Part shown: one piece after another, positions 8,707 through 19,426 of the stretch
Layout of the letters: each line of letters begins with the position of its first letter
Numbering within the stretch: position 1 is the first letter of the stretch
Assembly (NCBI GenBank): GCA_963796275.1
Contig: CAWCKY010000006.1
Location: 2,240,001 to 2,304,000 of the forward strand
Reading direction: 5' to 3'
Source: an uncultured Acidobacteriota bacterium
Lineage (GTDB): Bacteria > Acidobacteriota > Blastocatellia > RBC074
DNA: 64,000 nucleotides
Translations under genes and position numbers: made by a program
Notes under the pieces: generated by a model
Databases searched by the model: none
The model's input: the letters and a program-made list of their open reading frames with translations, nothing else
Told to the model about the DNA's origin: nothing

Positions 8707-11109
8707 TCAATCACAGTGTTTGTGGGACCGACAGGGATGGTCCTTATGGTCCTTATCGATCTTGATCCTGACTTCGTTATTATTCTCGATGATGGCTTCC
8801 ACTGTCTCCGTCGATCCCCGGTAGTCGACAGTAATATTGTATTTTCCTTTGAATCCGCGGACCTCGAAGCGGCCTGACCTGTCGGTAACTCCCGTTTCGT
8901 TTGTCCACCATTCTCGAAACAGCATATCGTTCCAGGCAAGCGCCGCCGGTTTCGAAGACCAGTCGGCGCGATACATTGCTGCAATAGGCGAATAGTGAGC
9001 ATTGGCCCAGAATCCCCACATCAGAAAATCATCGACTTTCGGCTGGCTGAAGATCATCCTCATAACATCGCGCATATACTCGGCCTGCAGGTCTTCATCC
9101 AAAGTGTTGAAATCGAATTCGGTCACCGCCAGCGTGACCGGCAATTGAGCATAGCGCGCGAGAATCGATTCCATCCGATCGAACATAGTGATTCGGTTGA
9201 AATGGCCCTGTATACCCACACCATCGATGGGCGCGCCATTGTCGATCAGCCATCTGATCAGTGTGAAATAATAGTCTTGATGGCGCACATCATCGCCACC
9301 GGCTGCGATGATGTCGTAATCGTTGATGAATAGTTTGGACCCGGGATCGAGAGTGCGGGCCATTTGAAACCACCGGATCATCTCCTGGTTTGGCAGAACG
9401 CCGTCAAACTGCGGAATGCCCTCGACGCCGCCGATGCGGCCCATGACATCGAAATTAGTGTATGGTTCGTTGATCACATCCCATTGATAGAGCCTTCCAT
9501 TGACGCCCACATCTCCCATGACGTCGTTGAATCGCGCGTCTATCCGCTGGCGCAGATCATCCGGGCCAAGGGTCATAAGGTCGGCGGGCATGAAGTTCCA
9601 TCCGGGCCAGATCACATTGTGGCCGCGGATCGGCAGCCCCCGTTCGGTCAACCACTCGATGGCGGCCCGAGTCTGCCCTTTATTGAAAGACGAACCGCAG
9701 TTCTCGCACTCCCACAGCCCCCATTTCAGGTCGTTTTCGAATACCGTGGTCGTGAAGTGGCTGGTCACCCGCGAGCGGTATGTGTCATTTTCGATGCCTT
9801 CGCCCATGAGTCTGGCGGCCGTAACCGCCGAACCGAATCTGAACGCATGATCGGCCTGTTGGACATAGACTTTCGCGCCGGGTAAGCGGCGGCCGTGCTT
9901 ATCCACCACCGACACGGTCAGGTCGCCCTTCCGAAACTGATCGATCCGCTCGTTGGCGGCCACTCGCCAGGGCGCGGTGGCATCACCCCGTGTTGGGTAA
10001 TAGAAGAACGTGGGCAATTGATCGGGGCTGACGTTTTGCCCGTAATTTATCAGCTCGATCCCGCCGATTTCGAACCTCTGGGGGCCGTATGCGAATTGAA
10101 AGGCCAACTGCGCCTCGCCAGGGGCGAAGTCTGCGCTCGCTCTGAAGAGCATCTGAAAGAGCCGCCATTGATCGGAATCATTGGGCAGATTGATTGTCAG
10201 CGATTTTTCGAAATTCCCGCTGTTCCGCTCGAAGATGACCTGCCCGCGAATGATACCGTTATCGACAGGCTCCAGCTTGCGCGCCCAAAACGTCAACCTC
10301 ATCAGGTCGTTCCTTTGGATCGGGGTTGCAGTTGTCCATCCCAGCCCCGAGTTGTAGACGAATGCAGAATCGCCGTCGTGTCTTATCTGGTAGCCCTGGG
10401 TGAATGATTGTCCTTCGACCGTAATGGGCAGGACCTGGCCGCCGACGCTGCTGTCGATATATGCGTAGTTACTTTGATAAACGTTCTCAGGCAGGACCGA
10501 GACGGCTGTCGGAGGAGCGGGCGGCGTGGGGCCAAAGTTGACGGCGCTGATGCCGCCGATCTCGAACGTTTGCGGGCCGTAAGCGAACTGAAAGACCACT
10601 TGCGCATGACCGGCGGAAAAATCGGCCGAGGCTTTGAATGGGATGACATATTTCGTCCAAACATTGCTGTCGCAAGGGAACGGCGTTAAAAGCGAGCTGG
10701 TGCTTGAATGGCCCGCCGCTTCAAACCCGACAAAACCGCGAATGTTATCCCCATTGAGCGGCGCGATCTTTCGTATCCAGAACGTGATCTGCAGATTATC
10801 GCCCTGGTTAACCGACTTCACCGTGCGCCATTCGATCCCCGCATCATCAATGTCCCGAGAGGTCCCGGCGACCGTTATCCGATATCCACGATCGAAGGGT
10901 TGATCGCTGACCTTGATCAAAGAGGCCCTGGCGTTTGCGCCCACGTGCTTCTTCTGATCATAGATTTTGTCGGGCAGAATCGAAACGCCGTCTTGCGCGC
11001 TGGCGATTCGGGGTAGACACACGCAAATAAAAAACGTCAACAACAATACGACCGTCCGTGTTGCATTTTTAGAGTACGGCTGGAGGCGTTGATTCTTTTG
11101 TGCAGGCAT
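8707..11109 (-). CDS. GH10 endo-1,4-beta-xylanase-like protein with two N-terminal CBM-like repeats
   Basis: RGHNVIW, WDVINEP (acid/base), GIQGH, VTEFD (nucleophile); duplicated ASADF..G.AQ..FQFAYGPQ.FEIGGI repeat. Start set at the ATG after AGGAG. Confidence 0.88.
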   Translation of the reverse strand: MPAQKNQRLQPYSKNATRTVVLLLTFFICVCLPRIASAQDGVSILPDKIYDQKKHVGANARASLIKVSDQPFDRGYRITVAGTSRDIDDAGIEWRTVKSVNQGDNLQITFWIRKIAPLNGDNIRGFVGFEAAGHSSTSSLLTPFPCDSNVWTKYVIPFKASADFSAGHAQVVFQFAYGPQTFEIGGISAVNFGPTPPAPPTAVSVLPENVYQSNYAYIDSSVGGQVLPITVEGQSFTQGYQIRHDGDSAFVYNSGLGWTTATPIQRNDLMRLTFWARKLEPVDNGIIRGQVIFERNSGNFEKSLTINLPNDSDQWRLFQMLFRASADFAPGEAQLAFQFAYGPQRFEIGGIELINYGQNVSPDQLPTFFYYPTRGDATAPWRVAANERIDQFRKGDLTVSVVDKHGRRLPGAKVYVQQADHAFRFGSAVTAARLMGEGIENDTYRSRVTSHFTTTVFENDLKWGLWECENCGSSFNKGQTRAAIEWLTERGLPIRGHNVIWPGWNFMPADLMTLGPDDLRQRIDARFNDVMGDVGVNGRLYQWDVINEPYTNFDVMGRIGGVEGIPQFDGVLPNQEMIRWFQMARTLDPGSKLFINDYDIIAAGGDDVRHQDYYFTLIRWLIDNGAPIDGVGIQGHFNRITMFDRMESILARYAQLPVTLAVTEFDFNTLDEDLQAEYMRDVMRMIFSQPKVDDFLMWGFWANAHYSPIAAMYRADWSSKPAALAWNDMLFREWWTNETGVTDRSGRFEVRGFKGKYNITVDYRGSTETVEAIIENNNEVRIKIDKDHKDHPCRSHKHCD

Positions 11110-11948
11110 AGAGGACTCCTCGATTTTAAACAACGTGTTGGTAACTTCGAGCGTAGTCTGACGATACGTCGATTGAAAAGATTTATTCCCCCGGAACACA
11201 GAAACCCAATCCGAGGGGGAGTTACAATTGTAGGTGCATTAGTTTAACTGCCCAGGTACATCGGCGCGGCATTATAGCAGCGCTTGACCGGATCGCGAAA
11301 TCGTAGGACGAACTCGGCCTTTGTCCCCTCGCTATTGCCGGGTAATGAGAGAGGCATCCAATCCAAAGATGCGGTTGTGCGACGCCTCCTATGCAATGGC
11401 AAGTAGATTGGTTACTTTTTTACTGATCAGTTGCGCACGTCTCAGATTTAATATACGATCTCGCGCCATATACAGAGTAATCAAACTGACAAACAAAAAT
11501 TTGAATCGCTCGTTTTGACGGTGAATCTGCTTGAGAAGGTCTATCTCGCCTTAGATCAAGTTGGCGGATGATAGTCTACCTGTATAGCTGTCTGCGGCTC
11601 GACCAGCAGTCAATTTTATGCGGTGATTACACAGCAGCGGTACGCTGTGTTCCATAGACCTCACACCTAGGCGCGAGCCGAAGTGAATCAAGTAACTGGG
11701 CCAGTGCGCCCGGTCTAAAAGCCAGAACATCGCGCCCTTGTCAAACTGAACCTAGCCGCGGATGTCCCGAGCGGCTGCGAGGCGTGGATCAAGATAAATT
11801 GATCCTATAGTCCTCTCCGGTTCAGACGACGGCGTCATCAATCGCGTAACTGTAGATATGTAATAGTGCGGCTGGTTGAAGGGTACTGACCCGCCCAGGT
11901 ACGAGAGTAGTGTAAGCGATCCCACAACTTCTATTTCAATCGAGGACC

Positions 11949-14900
11949 TTGAATATGACGTTTAAAATCCCACGAACGAGAAAGAAATTACACCCGAATT
12001 GGAGCATATTTGCGATCACCTTACTGGCCGGTTTGCTGTTCCAACCAATCGATGTGCTCGCACAGAGCGGTGCGGGATCGATTCAGGGCACGATTCAGGA
12101 TCCGTCGGCCGCAACAGTCCCAGGCAGTGCGGTCAGGGTCGTGAATCAGCGAACGGGTGTCGCGTACGATACTACCTCGAACAGTGCGGGGTTCTATTCA
12201 GTGCCGGGCCTGTTTGTGGGCAGCTATACGATCACATTCAGCGCGCCGGGGATGAAGACGTATAAGACTGAACTCACGCTTCAGGATGCGCAGAATGCCA
12301 TCCTCAATCCGACGCTGACGGTGGGCGACGTGACGGAGCAGGTGGTCGTGACGGGCGATGCCTTCCAACAAGTCACGTACGACAGCGGCACGGTGAGCAC
12401 GCACCTCGATGTCACGCGCATCGACCAGCTTCCGCAGAATGGGCGCAATCTGCTTGGGTTAGCTGCAGCGACGACGCCGGGTCTTGAAGGGAATGGGACT
12501 CGCGCGAATGGGCTCATGCAGGAGGGGCTCGAATATACGCAGGACGGGGCGCCGATGACCAATCGCAACTTCGGCGGAGTATCCAATTCGGCGCAGGCTA
12601 CCCTGCCCGATCCGGATTCCGTGCAGGAGGTTAAGATCGAGACGCTCAACTCCAGCGCACAATTCGCCACACCAGCCACGGCGATTATCACCACCAAGTC
12701 GGGAACGAATCAGTTCCACGGCTCGTTGTTCGAGACCCATCGAAACAACGCGATCGGTATTGCGCGAGCGCGGCAGGATCCGGCCGATTTCGCGGCTCCT
12801 CATTTAATCCGCAATGAATTGGGCGCTTCGGTCGGAGGGCCGATCATTATCCCCAAGCTCTATAACGGCACATCCAGGTCGTTCTTCTTTTTCGCTTATG
12901 AGCGCTTCTCGCTCAGGCGGGCTGCGAATCAGTTGGTATCGGTGCCGACGGTGGCGATGAGAAACGGCGATTTCAGCGGATTGGTCAACAATCAGGGCAT
13001 CAAGATAACCTTGTACGATCCCAACACTACGCAGGGAAGCGATTTTCGGCGCACTCCGTTCCCGAACAACCAGATTCCGCTCGATCGCCAGAGTCCTCTG
13101 GCCAGGGCGCTCTATGCCGCTACACCGCTTCCCACCTCCGCCGATAATCCGCTCATCCGCCCCAACTTTACCGATGTGAATCACATCACCCATACGGTAC
13201 CCAATTCCACCTCCCGGCTGGATCACGTCTTCGATCAGAACAACCGGGTTTATCTCCGGTTCACCCACATCGATCAGTCGGAGCGATCGCTGCGCAACTA
13301 CCCTGAATCATCACCGGCCAACATCGCTGGCGGAGGGTTGCCCGCAGGCGCCACGGGATATGAGGCAACTCCGATCCAGACCACCAGCGCGGCACTGGGA
13401 TATACGCACCTCTTCTCCGCCACCTTCTTTTCAGAGACGATCGTGAGCCAGCAATGGCAGAGGATGTATGTTGAGGGCGGTGGCGACGTCAATCAGAATT
13501 ATGAACGACTGTTGGGCCTGCCCAACAACTTCAACCAGACGGGTTTCCCGACCATCGGAGCAGATCTGATCATGCCTTACGGCGGCTCTCAGTTTAACTA
13601 CGGCATGAGTCAGATATTGACGACTATCGACGAGAACATGACGAAGATCTGGGGGAACCATCAGTTTGCGTTTGGCGGACGCTACCGACACGAGCGTTTC
13701 GGCTATCTGCCGGACCGGAGCGCCGATACTATCGCGTTCACGAACCAGGCGACCGCGTTGTACAATCCCCAAACGGGGCCAAACTACGGCGCTATGCCAT
13801 ACACGGGATTCCCGGACGCCGATTTCTTCCTCGGCGCGGCGAGTTCTTATAGCCAAGTTAAGAACGCTCCTTTCGGGCGCTTCCGCGAGCAGGAGATCGA
13901 CTTCTACTTCCAGGACAACTTCCGCGTGAACAGCAAGCTCACGCTCAATCTAGGGCTGCGTTGGGAGATGCATCCGGCGCCACATACGGAAGACGGTATC
14001 CTTCCCAGTTTCGATCTCAAGAATAATGCCATCGTTCTCCCCAACCCCCTGCAGTTCTATGTCGACAAGGGATATACGACGCAGGGAATCATCACCAACA
14101 TGGAGAATCTGGGAGTCAAATTCATGACTCCCGAGCAGGCCGGAATTCCCAGAGCCGGGATATTCAATAGTATGGCCAATTTCAATCCACGAATCGGGTT
14201 CGCCTATACTCCCTTTTCGAAGTGGGGCACCGTGATGCGCGGCGGATATGGCGATTACATCTATCCGGTCCCGATTCGCAATTCGGTCAGGGTTCCCATA
14301 GCGTCGCTTCCATTCCGAGCATCGTACTCGCAAAGCTACACGACTGCGGCGCAGTCGCCGGACGGGCTCCGCAACTATTTGTTACGTAACCCACAATCTG
14401 TGATCGCCGGACTGAACAGCGCCAATGTAGTGAACACCAATACGACCGACGCGCTGCTTCCCGGAATCGCGTTAAGTACGCTCGATCAGTATTATCCCCC
14501 CGCGCGCGTGAAGCAGGCTAACCTAACGATCGAGCAGCCGATCAAGGGCAGCGTACTCCGCGTCACTTACCTGTTCACGCATGGGTCGAACCTGGATCAG
14601 AATTACCAGTACAATGTCAATCCGTCGGCATATGTCTGGCAAACAACCACTGGAGAGCCGCTGCCGACCGGACGATATGAATCGACGGCGACGCGCCCCT
14701 ATGATCAGAGGATATGGGGCACGAACGTGGTCTCCACGAAGTATGGATTCTCCAATAACAGCGCCTTGCAGGTGAACTTCCAGCGACGCTTCGACAAGGG
14801 CTACGCGTTCCAGATATTCTACGTCTATTCGAGAGCTTTCCGGGTGGGCGGAAACACTTTCCGCGACAACGTCCTCTATCCTGCTGCATCCTATGCGCAA

Positions 14901-15677
14901 GGCATTATTCCGGCAGGTATGGACACCGGGACGCTCGAAAGTCCGAGCCGAGAGCTGAACCGCTGGCAGAACTATCGCGAAGATATCGATATTCCCAAAC
15001 ATCACATCAGATTCAACGGAGTCGTCGATCTGCCATTCGGGAAAGGGAGGCGCCTGCTGCGAAGTTCCAACGGCCTGGTGGATGCTCTGATCGGCGGGTA
15101 TCAGATGGCGTTCACCGGTGAGGTTCGCTCGCAATCATTCCGACTGGGCGCATCGAACTGGGGATCGAGCGGCAACGTCAAGCTGTATAAGAGCGGTGTG
15201 CCGATCACCGATTGCATCAGCGGCGTGTGCCGCGATGCATATATGTGGTTCAACGGATACATCGCGCCGAATTTGATCAACACGCCCGATGGAGTCATGG
15301 GGCTTCCTGCCGACTATGTTCCGTATCAGACGCCGATCAACAACACCTACGGGATGGAGTATTTCGGGACCAATAACGTGACCGTCAAGCTGAAAGACGG
15401 AAAATCGGTGGTGACGGCATATAACCCCGGCCCCGCGGGAGCGAATCCGTTCGCGCAGACGGTGCTGCCCGGCCCGTTCAACTACGTCGCTGACGTGTCG
15501 CTCTTCAAGACCTTCTCGATCACCGAGCAGGTCAAGCTGAGATTTAATATCGATGCATTCAACGCGTTCAATATTCAGGGTCGCCGCAATCCGGACGCCA
15601 CGACTGGTATTCAGCAGTTACAGATGTCCTATTGGACGCCGCGGCAGGTTCAGGTCTCAGTTCGACTGTCATTCTGA
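11949..15677 (+). CDS. TonB-dependent receptor, acidobacterial type with carboxypeptidase-regulatory-like N-domain
   Basis: Signal peptide, GSIQGTIQDPS N-domain, DSVQEVKI, TKSGTNQFHGSLFE, C-terminal PRQVQVSVRLSF. Confidence 0.92.
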   Translation: MNMTFKIPRTRKKLHPNWSIFAITLLAGLLFQPIDVLAQSGAGSIQGTIQDPSAATVPGSAVRVVNQRTGVAYDTTSNSAGFYSVPGLFVGSYTITFSAPGMKTYKTELTLQDAQNAILNPTLTVGDVTEQVVVTGDAFQQVTYDSGTVSTHLDVTRIDQLPQNGRNLLGLAAATTPGLEGNGTRANGLMQEGLEYTQDGAPMTNRNFGGVSNSAQATLPDPDSVQEVKIETLNSSAQFATPATAIITTKSGTNQFHGSLFETHRNNAIGIARARQDPADFAAPHLIRNELGASVGGPIIIPKLYNGTSRSFFFFAYERFSLRRAANQLVSVPTVAMRNGDFSGLVNNQGIKITLYDPNTTQGSDFRRTPFPNNQIPLDRQSPLARALYAATPLPTSADNPLIRPNFTDVNHITHTVPNSTSRLDHVFDQNNRVYLRFTHIDQSERSLRNYPESSPANIAGGGLPAGATGYEATPIQTTSAALGYTHLFSATFFSETIVSQQWQRMYVEGGGDVNQNYERLLGLPNNFNQTGFPTIGADLIMPYGGSQFNYGMSQILTTIDENMTKIWGNHQFAFGGRYRHERFGYLPDRSADTIAFTNQATALYNPQTGPNYGAMPYTGFPDADFFLGAASSYSQVKNAPFGRFREQEIDFYFQDNFRVNSKLTLNLGLRWEMHPAPHTEDGILPSFDLKNNAIVLPNPLQFYVDKGYTTQGIITNMENLGVKFMTPEQAGIPRAGIFNSMANFNPRIGFAYTPFSKWGTVMRGGYGDYIYPVPIRNSVRVPIASLPFRASYSQSYTTAAQSPDGLRNYLLRNPQSVIAGLNSANVVNTNTTDALLPGIALSTLDQYYPPARVKQANLTIEQPIKGSVLRVTYLFTHGSNLDQNYQYNVNPSAYVWQTTTGEPLPTGRYESTATRPYDQRIWGTNVVSTKYGFSNNSALQVNFQRRFDKGYAFQIFYVYSRAFRVGGNTFRDNVLYPAASYAQGIIPAGMDTGTLESPSRELNRWQNYREDIDIPKHHIRFNGVVDLPFGKGRRLLRSSNGLVDALIGGYQMAFTGEVRSQSFRLGASNWGSSGNVKLYKSGVPITDCISGVCRDAYMWFNGYIAPNLINTPDGVMGLPADYVPYQTPINNTYGMEYFGTNNVTVKLKDGKSVVTAYNPGPAGANPFAQTVLPGPFNYVADVSLFKTFSITEQVKLRFNIDAFNAFNIQGRRNPDATTGIQQLQMSYWTPRQVQVSVRLSF

Positions 15678-15779
15678 GCATTTCGCTCGGCGGTCATACA
15701 GCCAAAGAGTATTGTATCAAGTAATCTCATTCGGCGATTTCGCAGGCTCCAGGTTGGGGCTTATAACCAATTGACGCGC

Positions 15780-16355
15780 TCAATGTCCTTCCTTCGACTG
15801 TCTCCCCTTGCGCGAGAGTCTGATCGCGGCTTCCCAACGACTGCGCCAGATTGTCCGCCGTCTACGAGAGAATTCAGCCAACGCCGTGCGCATTCGCAGA
15901 CCCAGGCGATGTGCAGCTTTGTATATGCTGGTGGATTTGATCGCTGCATGGATTCGTGTCTTGAAGGACTGGAACCGCGTATACAGCCACGCAAACCAAT
16001 TGATGCGCACCAGATTAGGCTGGGTCAAAACGAAGATTCGCGCGACCAGGGCCGTTCCGGCGATCTTGGCGGCAATGACCGTCGTCAACCCTAATATCGG
16101 CTGACCGTGGGCGATGAGATAGAGGGCGGCCAATTTTACGGGAATGAGCAACAACGACGGCGCCCCGAACAATGCCAACGCGGCGTAAGGCGGTAATCCG
16201 GCGATGAGCGATTCGAACTGTCGTAACAGCGGAAGATGGCCGATGGCCGCGGCGACGCGCTGAAGGTCGTCCCAGAGCCATTCTTCAAACAGAACGATGA
16301 TCGCCGCGATAAGAACGAACGGCGCGGCCAGCAATTGCTTCAGTAGCTTCTTCAT
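15780..16355 (-). CDS. hypothetical membrane protein
   Basis: Several hydrophobic segments, FEEWLWD motif, basic C-terminus. Confidence 0.75.
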   Translation of the reverse strand: MKKLLKQLLAAPFVLIAAIIVLFEEWLWDDLQRVAAAIGHLPLLRQFESLIAGLPPYAALALFGAPSLLLIPVKLAALYLIAHGQPILGLTTVIAAKIAGTALVARIFVLTQPNLVRINWFAWLYTRFQSFKTRIHAAIKSTSIYKAAHRLGLRMRTALAEFSRRRRTIWRSRWEAAIRLSRKGRQSKEGH

Positions 16356-16551
16356 CTAGTTTCACATTGCAAATCCGTTGCCGTTGAAATCGGATGATCA
16401 TTGTCGATCTACCCTGCGCCAGATTGACAGCGATCACCCAGTGGAAGCGGACTAACTTGTTCTGATCCGTCGTTGTAATACGAAGGGGGAGGGAAGCCGA
16501 TCACGCCCTTGAGCATGAAATCGACGTTTTCGGGGTAAGCCATATCGAGAA

Positions 16552-16596
16552 CTACGAAGAATTTCGTTGACATCTACGAAAGTCTTCGTGTATAAG
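16552..16596 (+). promoter_or_regulatory. sigma70 promoter overlapped by two BlaI-type operator palindromes
   Basis: TTGACA (16567-16572) and TATAAG (16591-16596); CTACGAAGAATTTCGT and CTACGAAAGTCTTCGT, both ACGAA-N4-TTCGT, 22 bp apart. Confidence 0.7.
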
Positions 16597-16644
16597 CTTG
16601 CTCACAGAAAATCCCGAAAACTGAAATTCGGAAAGGGGCTGAAT

Positions 16645-17034
16645 GTGGGCAAACAAGATTCATCGCGGCCGACCGATGCTGAGCTGGCCATTTTGCGAGT
16701 GCTATGGAGTCGCGGGTCGAGCACAGTCCGCCAGGTACAAGAAGTACTTAGTCAGGACCGCGAAACCGGTTACACCACCGTGCTGAAATTAATGCAGATC
16801 ATGACCGAGAAAGGATTGGTCGAGCGGGACGAATCTGAACGAACGCATGTCTATCAGGCGAGGTTTACGCAGGAGCAGACTCAACAGCGACTCGTGAGTG
16901 ATCTGCTTGAAAAGGCTTTCGGTGGCTCGGCGTCGCAATTGGTGATGCGGGCGTTGGCGGCCAAGCCGGCCTCGGCTAATGAACTGGCGCAAATCCGGCG
17001 CCTGCTGGATGAGTTGGAGGGAGGCAAACAATGA
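16645..17034 (+). CDS. BlaI/MecI/CopY family transcriptional repressor
   Basis: PTDAELAILRVLW, GYTTVLKLMQIM, FGGSASQLV; its stop overlaps the start of the M56 gene (ATGA). Confidence 0.92.
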   Translation: MGKQDSSRPTDAELAILRVLWSRGSSTVRQVQEVLSQDRETGYTTVLKLMQIMTEKGLVERDESERTHVYQARFTQEQTQQRLVSDLLEKAFGGSASQLVMRALAAKPASANELAQIRRLLDELEGGKQ

Positions 17035-19379
17035 ATACGCTCGACGCCTGGCGATCGATAATTGAAGTTCTGGGGTGGGCATTGATCCATTTCACATGGC
17101 AGGGAACGTTAGTCGCTTTGTCGCTGGCCGGCGTCCTGCGGCTGTTACGTGGGGCGTCAACTAACGCGCGTTACGCCGCGGCCTGCGTCGCATTGTTGTT
17201 GATGTCGAGTTTGCCGCTGTTCACGTTAACAATTATCGGCCTTTCCACGCCGGATAAAACTGCAACCGGGTTACCGCTTCATTTCGCCGCGACACCAGCG
17301 ACGCTGCCACAGTCGGGCGAAATTGAGCCGACAGTCGTTTTGACTCAGGCAGATGTTGCATTGGCCTCGCCGCGACCCTGGTTATTCATCCGGTCGGTGA
17401 ACGTTACACGGCTATTGCCGTGGATGATTCTGTTCTGGCTCCTGGGCGTGGCCTTTCTTTCATTGCGGATGGTGGGAGGATGGCTTTATACGCAACGCCT
17501 GAAGTCTTATGGGGCTCGGCTGTTGAAGGAAGGATGGGATCAAACGCTCCGGCGGCTTTGCGATCAACTGCGGGTGCGGCGTCCGGCGAGTCTTTGGGAA
17601 TCGGCATTGGTCGAGGTCCCGATGGTCGTCGGGTGGTTGCGCCCGGTCATTCTGCTGCCTGCCAGCGCATTGGTCGGACTGACGACTCAGCAACTGGAAG
17701 CGATCATTGCCCACGAACTGGCGCACATCCGCCGCCACGATTATCTGATCAACCTGCTGCAAGCGGTGATCGAAACATTGCTCTTTTATCACCCGGCGGT
17801 CTGGTGGGTCTCACGCCAGATTCGTCAGGAGCGGGAACACTGCTGTGATGATCTGGCCGTGGCGGTATGTGGCGATGCGTTCACATACTCACGGGCCTTG
17901 CTCGAAATGGAACAGCTACGCGCCGTCGGGCCGCAATTGGCAATGGCGGCCAATGGAGGATTGCTTATGAATCGCATACAACGTCTGGTTGGCGCGCAAC
18001 CCAAACCTGCCAATCGTTTCAGCGGATTGTTGGCCGGCGTCATCATGCTTATTACATTGATCACCGCAGGGGCGGGCGCACAAATCCTGTTACAGACTTC
18101 GAGCCGGGACGAGCGCGAGGTTGTTTCCGTTCGCCAGCGGGAAGCGGTGAAGATCGAAACCGCCGCTGAAACGCCGGACGAACCCAACGGCGCTGACGCC
18201 GGTCTGCAGACTGGTTCCGTCCAAGATGATCGCGCCGCTGAAGCTCTGCTGCCAACATTGCAAAGCGAGTCATGGGATGTGCGGAAGGCGGCGGTTGAGC
18301 AACTGGATCAAGTACGCGGCGGCCGCGCCGTCGAATTATTGATGGCCGCTTTGACGGACGGCCACGCGCGGGTGCGCGAGCAAGCCGTGATCGAACAAAG
18401 CGGCGGCGATTCTTCAATGAATATGAAGGCCCTGCATTCCTCAAACCCGACGGAGCGCGCCCTCGCGGCATGCGCGCTGGGCCGCCTCGGCGCGGTCGAA
18501 GCGATCCCGGCGCTCATCAATCTGCTCGGTGATGACACGCCCATTCAATCGATCAAATGCTGGGACAGTGGCGATTGGAGTCCCGCGCGCCATACATTCA
18601 AGCAAGCGTCTCCGGGCGAGCAGGCGGCTATTGCGCTAGCATCGTTAAGTCAATCTGCCGTCGAACCATTGATCGCCGCGTTGAACGATGGTAAGCCGAG
18701 CGTGCGCAGACACGCCGCCTGGGCGATCGGCGAGATTAGGGGTGGTCTGGCAACGAATCGCGCGGCCGCCGTTGAACCGCTGATTGCATCCCTGAGTGAT
18801 GAGGATTCGTGGTTGCGCGTGGCGGCGGCCTTCTCGTTGGGCGAACTGCGGCCCAGCCAGGCGACGGAATCGCTCGTCGCGGCGCTCGGAGATGCGGAGT
18901 GGCGTGTTCGAGGGATGGCTGCCTGGGCATTGGGCGAGATGAAAGCACGCGCCGCAGTCGAAAGCCTCACGTCCCTGTCGCTGCATGATGAAAATGAACG
19001 AGTCCGCCGCAAAGCTGCCAGGGCATTGGGCGAGATCGGGGAGTCGCCGGCTCAATCATCCAACAAGCAGGTATCAAAGGAGAGGAACACTAAGTATGGC
19101 GTCACACTCTCCGGTGAAACCAAAACCCGGGAATTAAAACTTCAGGCGGACCAATGGGCTAAGAAAGCGCGACTGAAGATTAACGGCCGGATCGAGTCAG
19201 GCAACTCCATATGGACTTTGCGCGATCCGAATGGAAAATCGGCGTTCACGGCGGAGTCTGATAAGGGTGATTTATCTCTCGATTCAGGCGATTTGGACGT
19301 TATTCCCGGGACCTGGATTCTGCAAATAGAGTTTAAGAACGGCACGTTCGATTTCGTGGTTGATTGGAACAATCGTTGA
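17031..19379 (+). CDS. BlaR1-like M56 metallopeptidase with C-terminal HEAT repeats
   Basis: TM helices, HELAHIRRHD, EHCCDD; repeated VR..AAWALGEI HEAT units; C-terminal beta-rich domain. Confidence 0.9.
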   Translation: MNTLDAWRSIIEVLGWALIHFTWQGTLVALSLAGVLRLLRGASTNARYAAACVALLLMSSLPLFTLTIIGLSTPDKTATGLPLHFAATPATLPQSGEIEPTVVLTQADVALASPRPWLFIRSVNVTRLLPWMILFWLLGVAFLSLRMVGGWLYTQRLKSYGARLLKEGWDQTLRRLCDQLRVRRPASLWESALVEVPMVVGWLRPVILLPASALVGLTTQQLEAIIAHELAHIRRHDYLINLLQAVIETLLFYHPAVWWVSRQIRQEREHCCDDLAVAVCGDAFTYSRALLEMEQLRAVGPQLAMAANGGLLMNRIQRLVGAQPKPANRFSGLLAGVIMLITLITAGAGAQILLQTSSRDEREVVSVRQREAVKIETAAETPDEPNGADAGLQTGSVQDDRAAEALLPTLQSESWDVRKAAVEQLDQVRGGRAVELLMAALTDGHARVREQAVIEQSGGDSSMNMKALHSSNPTERALAACALGRLGAVEAIPALINLLGDDTPIQSIKCWDSGDWSPARHTFKQASPGEQAAIALASLSQSAVEPLIAALNDGKPSVRRHAAWAIGEIRGGLATNRAAAVEPLIASLSDEDSWLRVAAAFSLGELRPSQATESLVAALGDAEWRVRGMAAWALGEMKARAAVESLTSLSLHDENERVRRKAARALGEIGESPAQSSNKQVSKERNTKYGVTLSGETKTRELKLQADQWAKKARLKINGRIESGNSIWTLRDPNGKSAFTAESDKGDLSLDSGDLDVIPGTWILQIEFKNGTFDFVVDWNNR

Positions 19380-19390
19380 GTTGGCAGCCA

Positions 19391-19426
19391 TGGCGCGGGA
19401 ATATGTACAGATAATTTCCCGCGCCA
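19391..19426 (+). terminator. putative terminator hairpin
   Basis: TGGCGCGGGAA...TTCCCGCGCCA just after the M56 stop. Confidence 0.55.
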
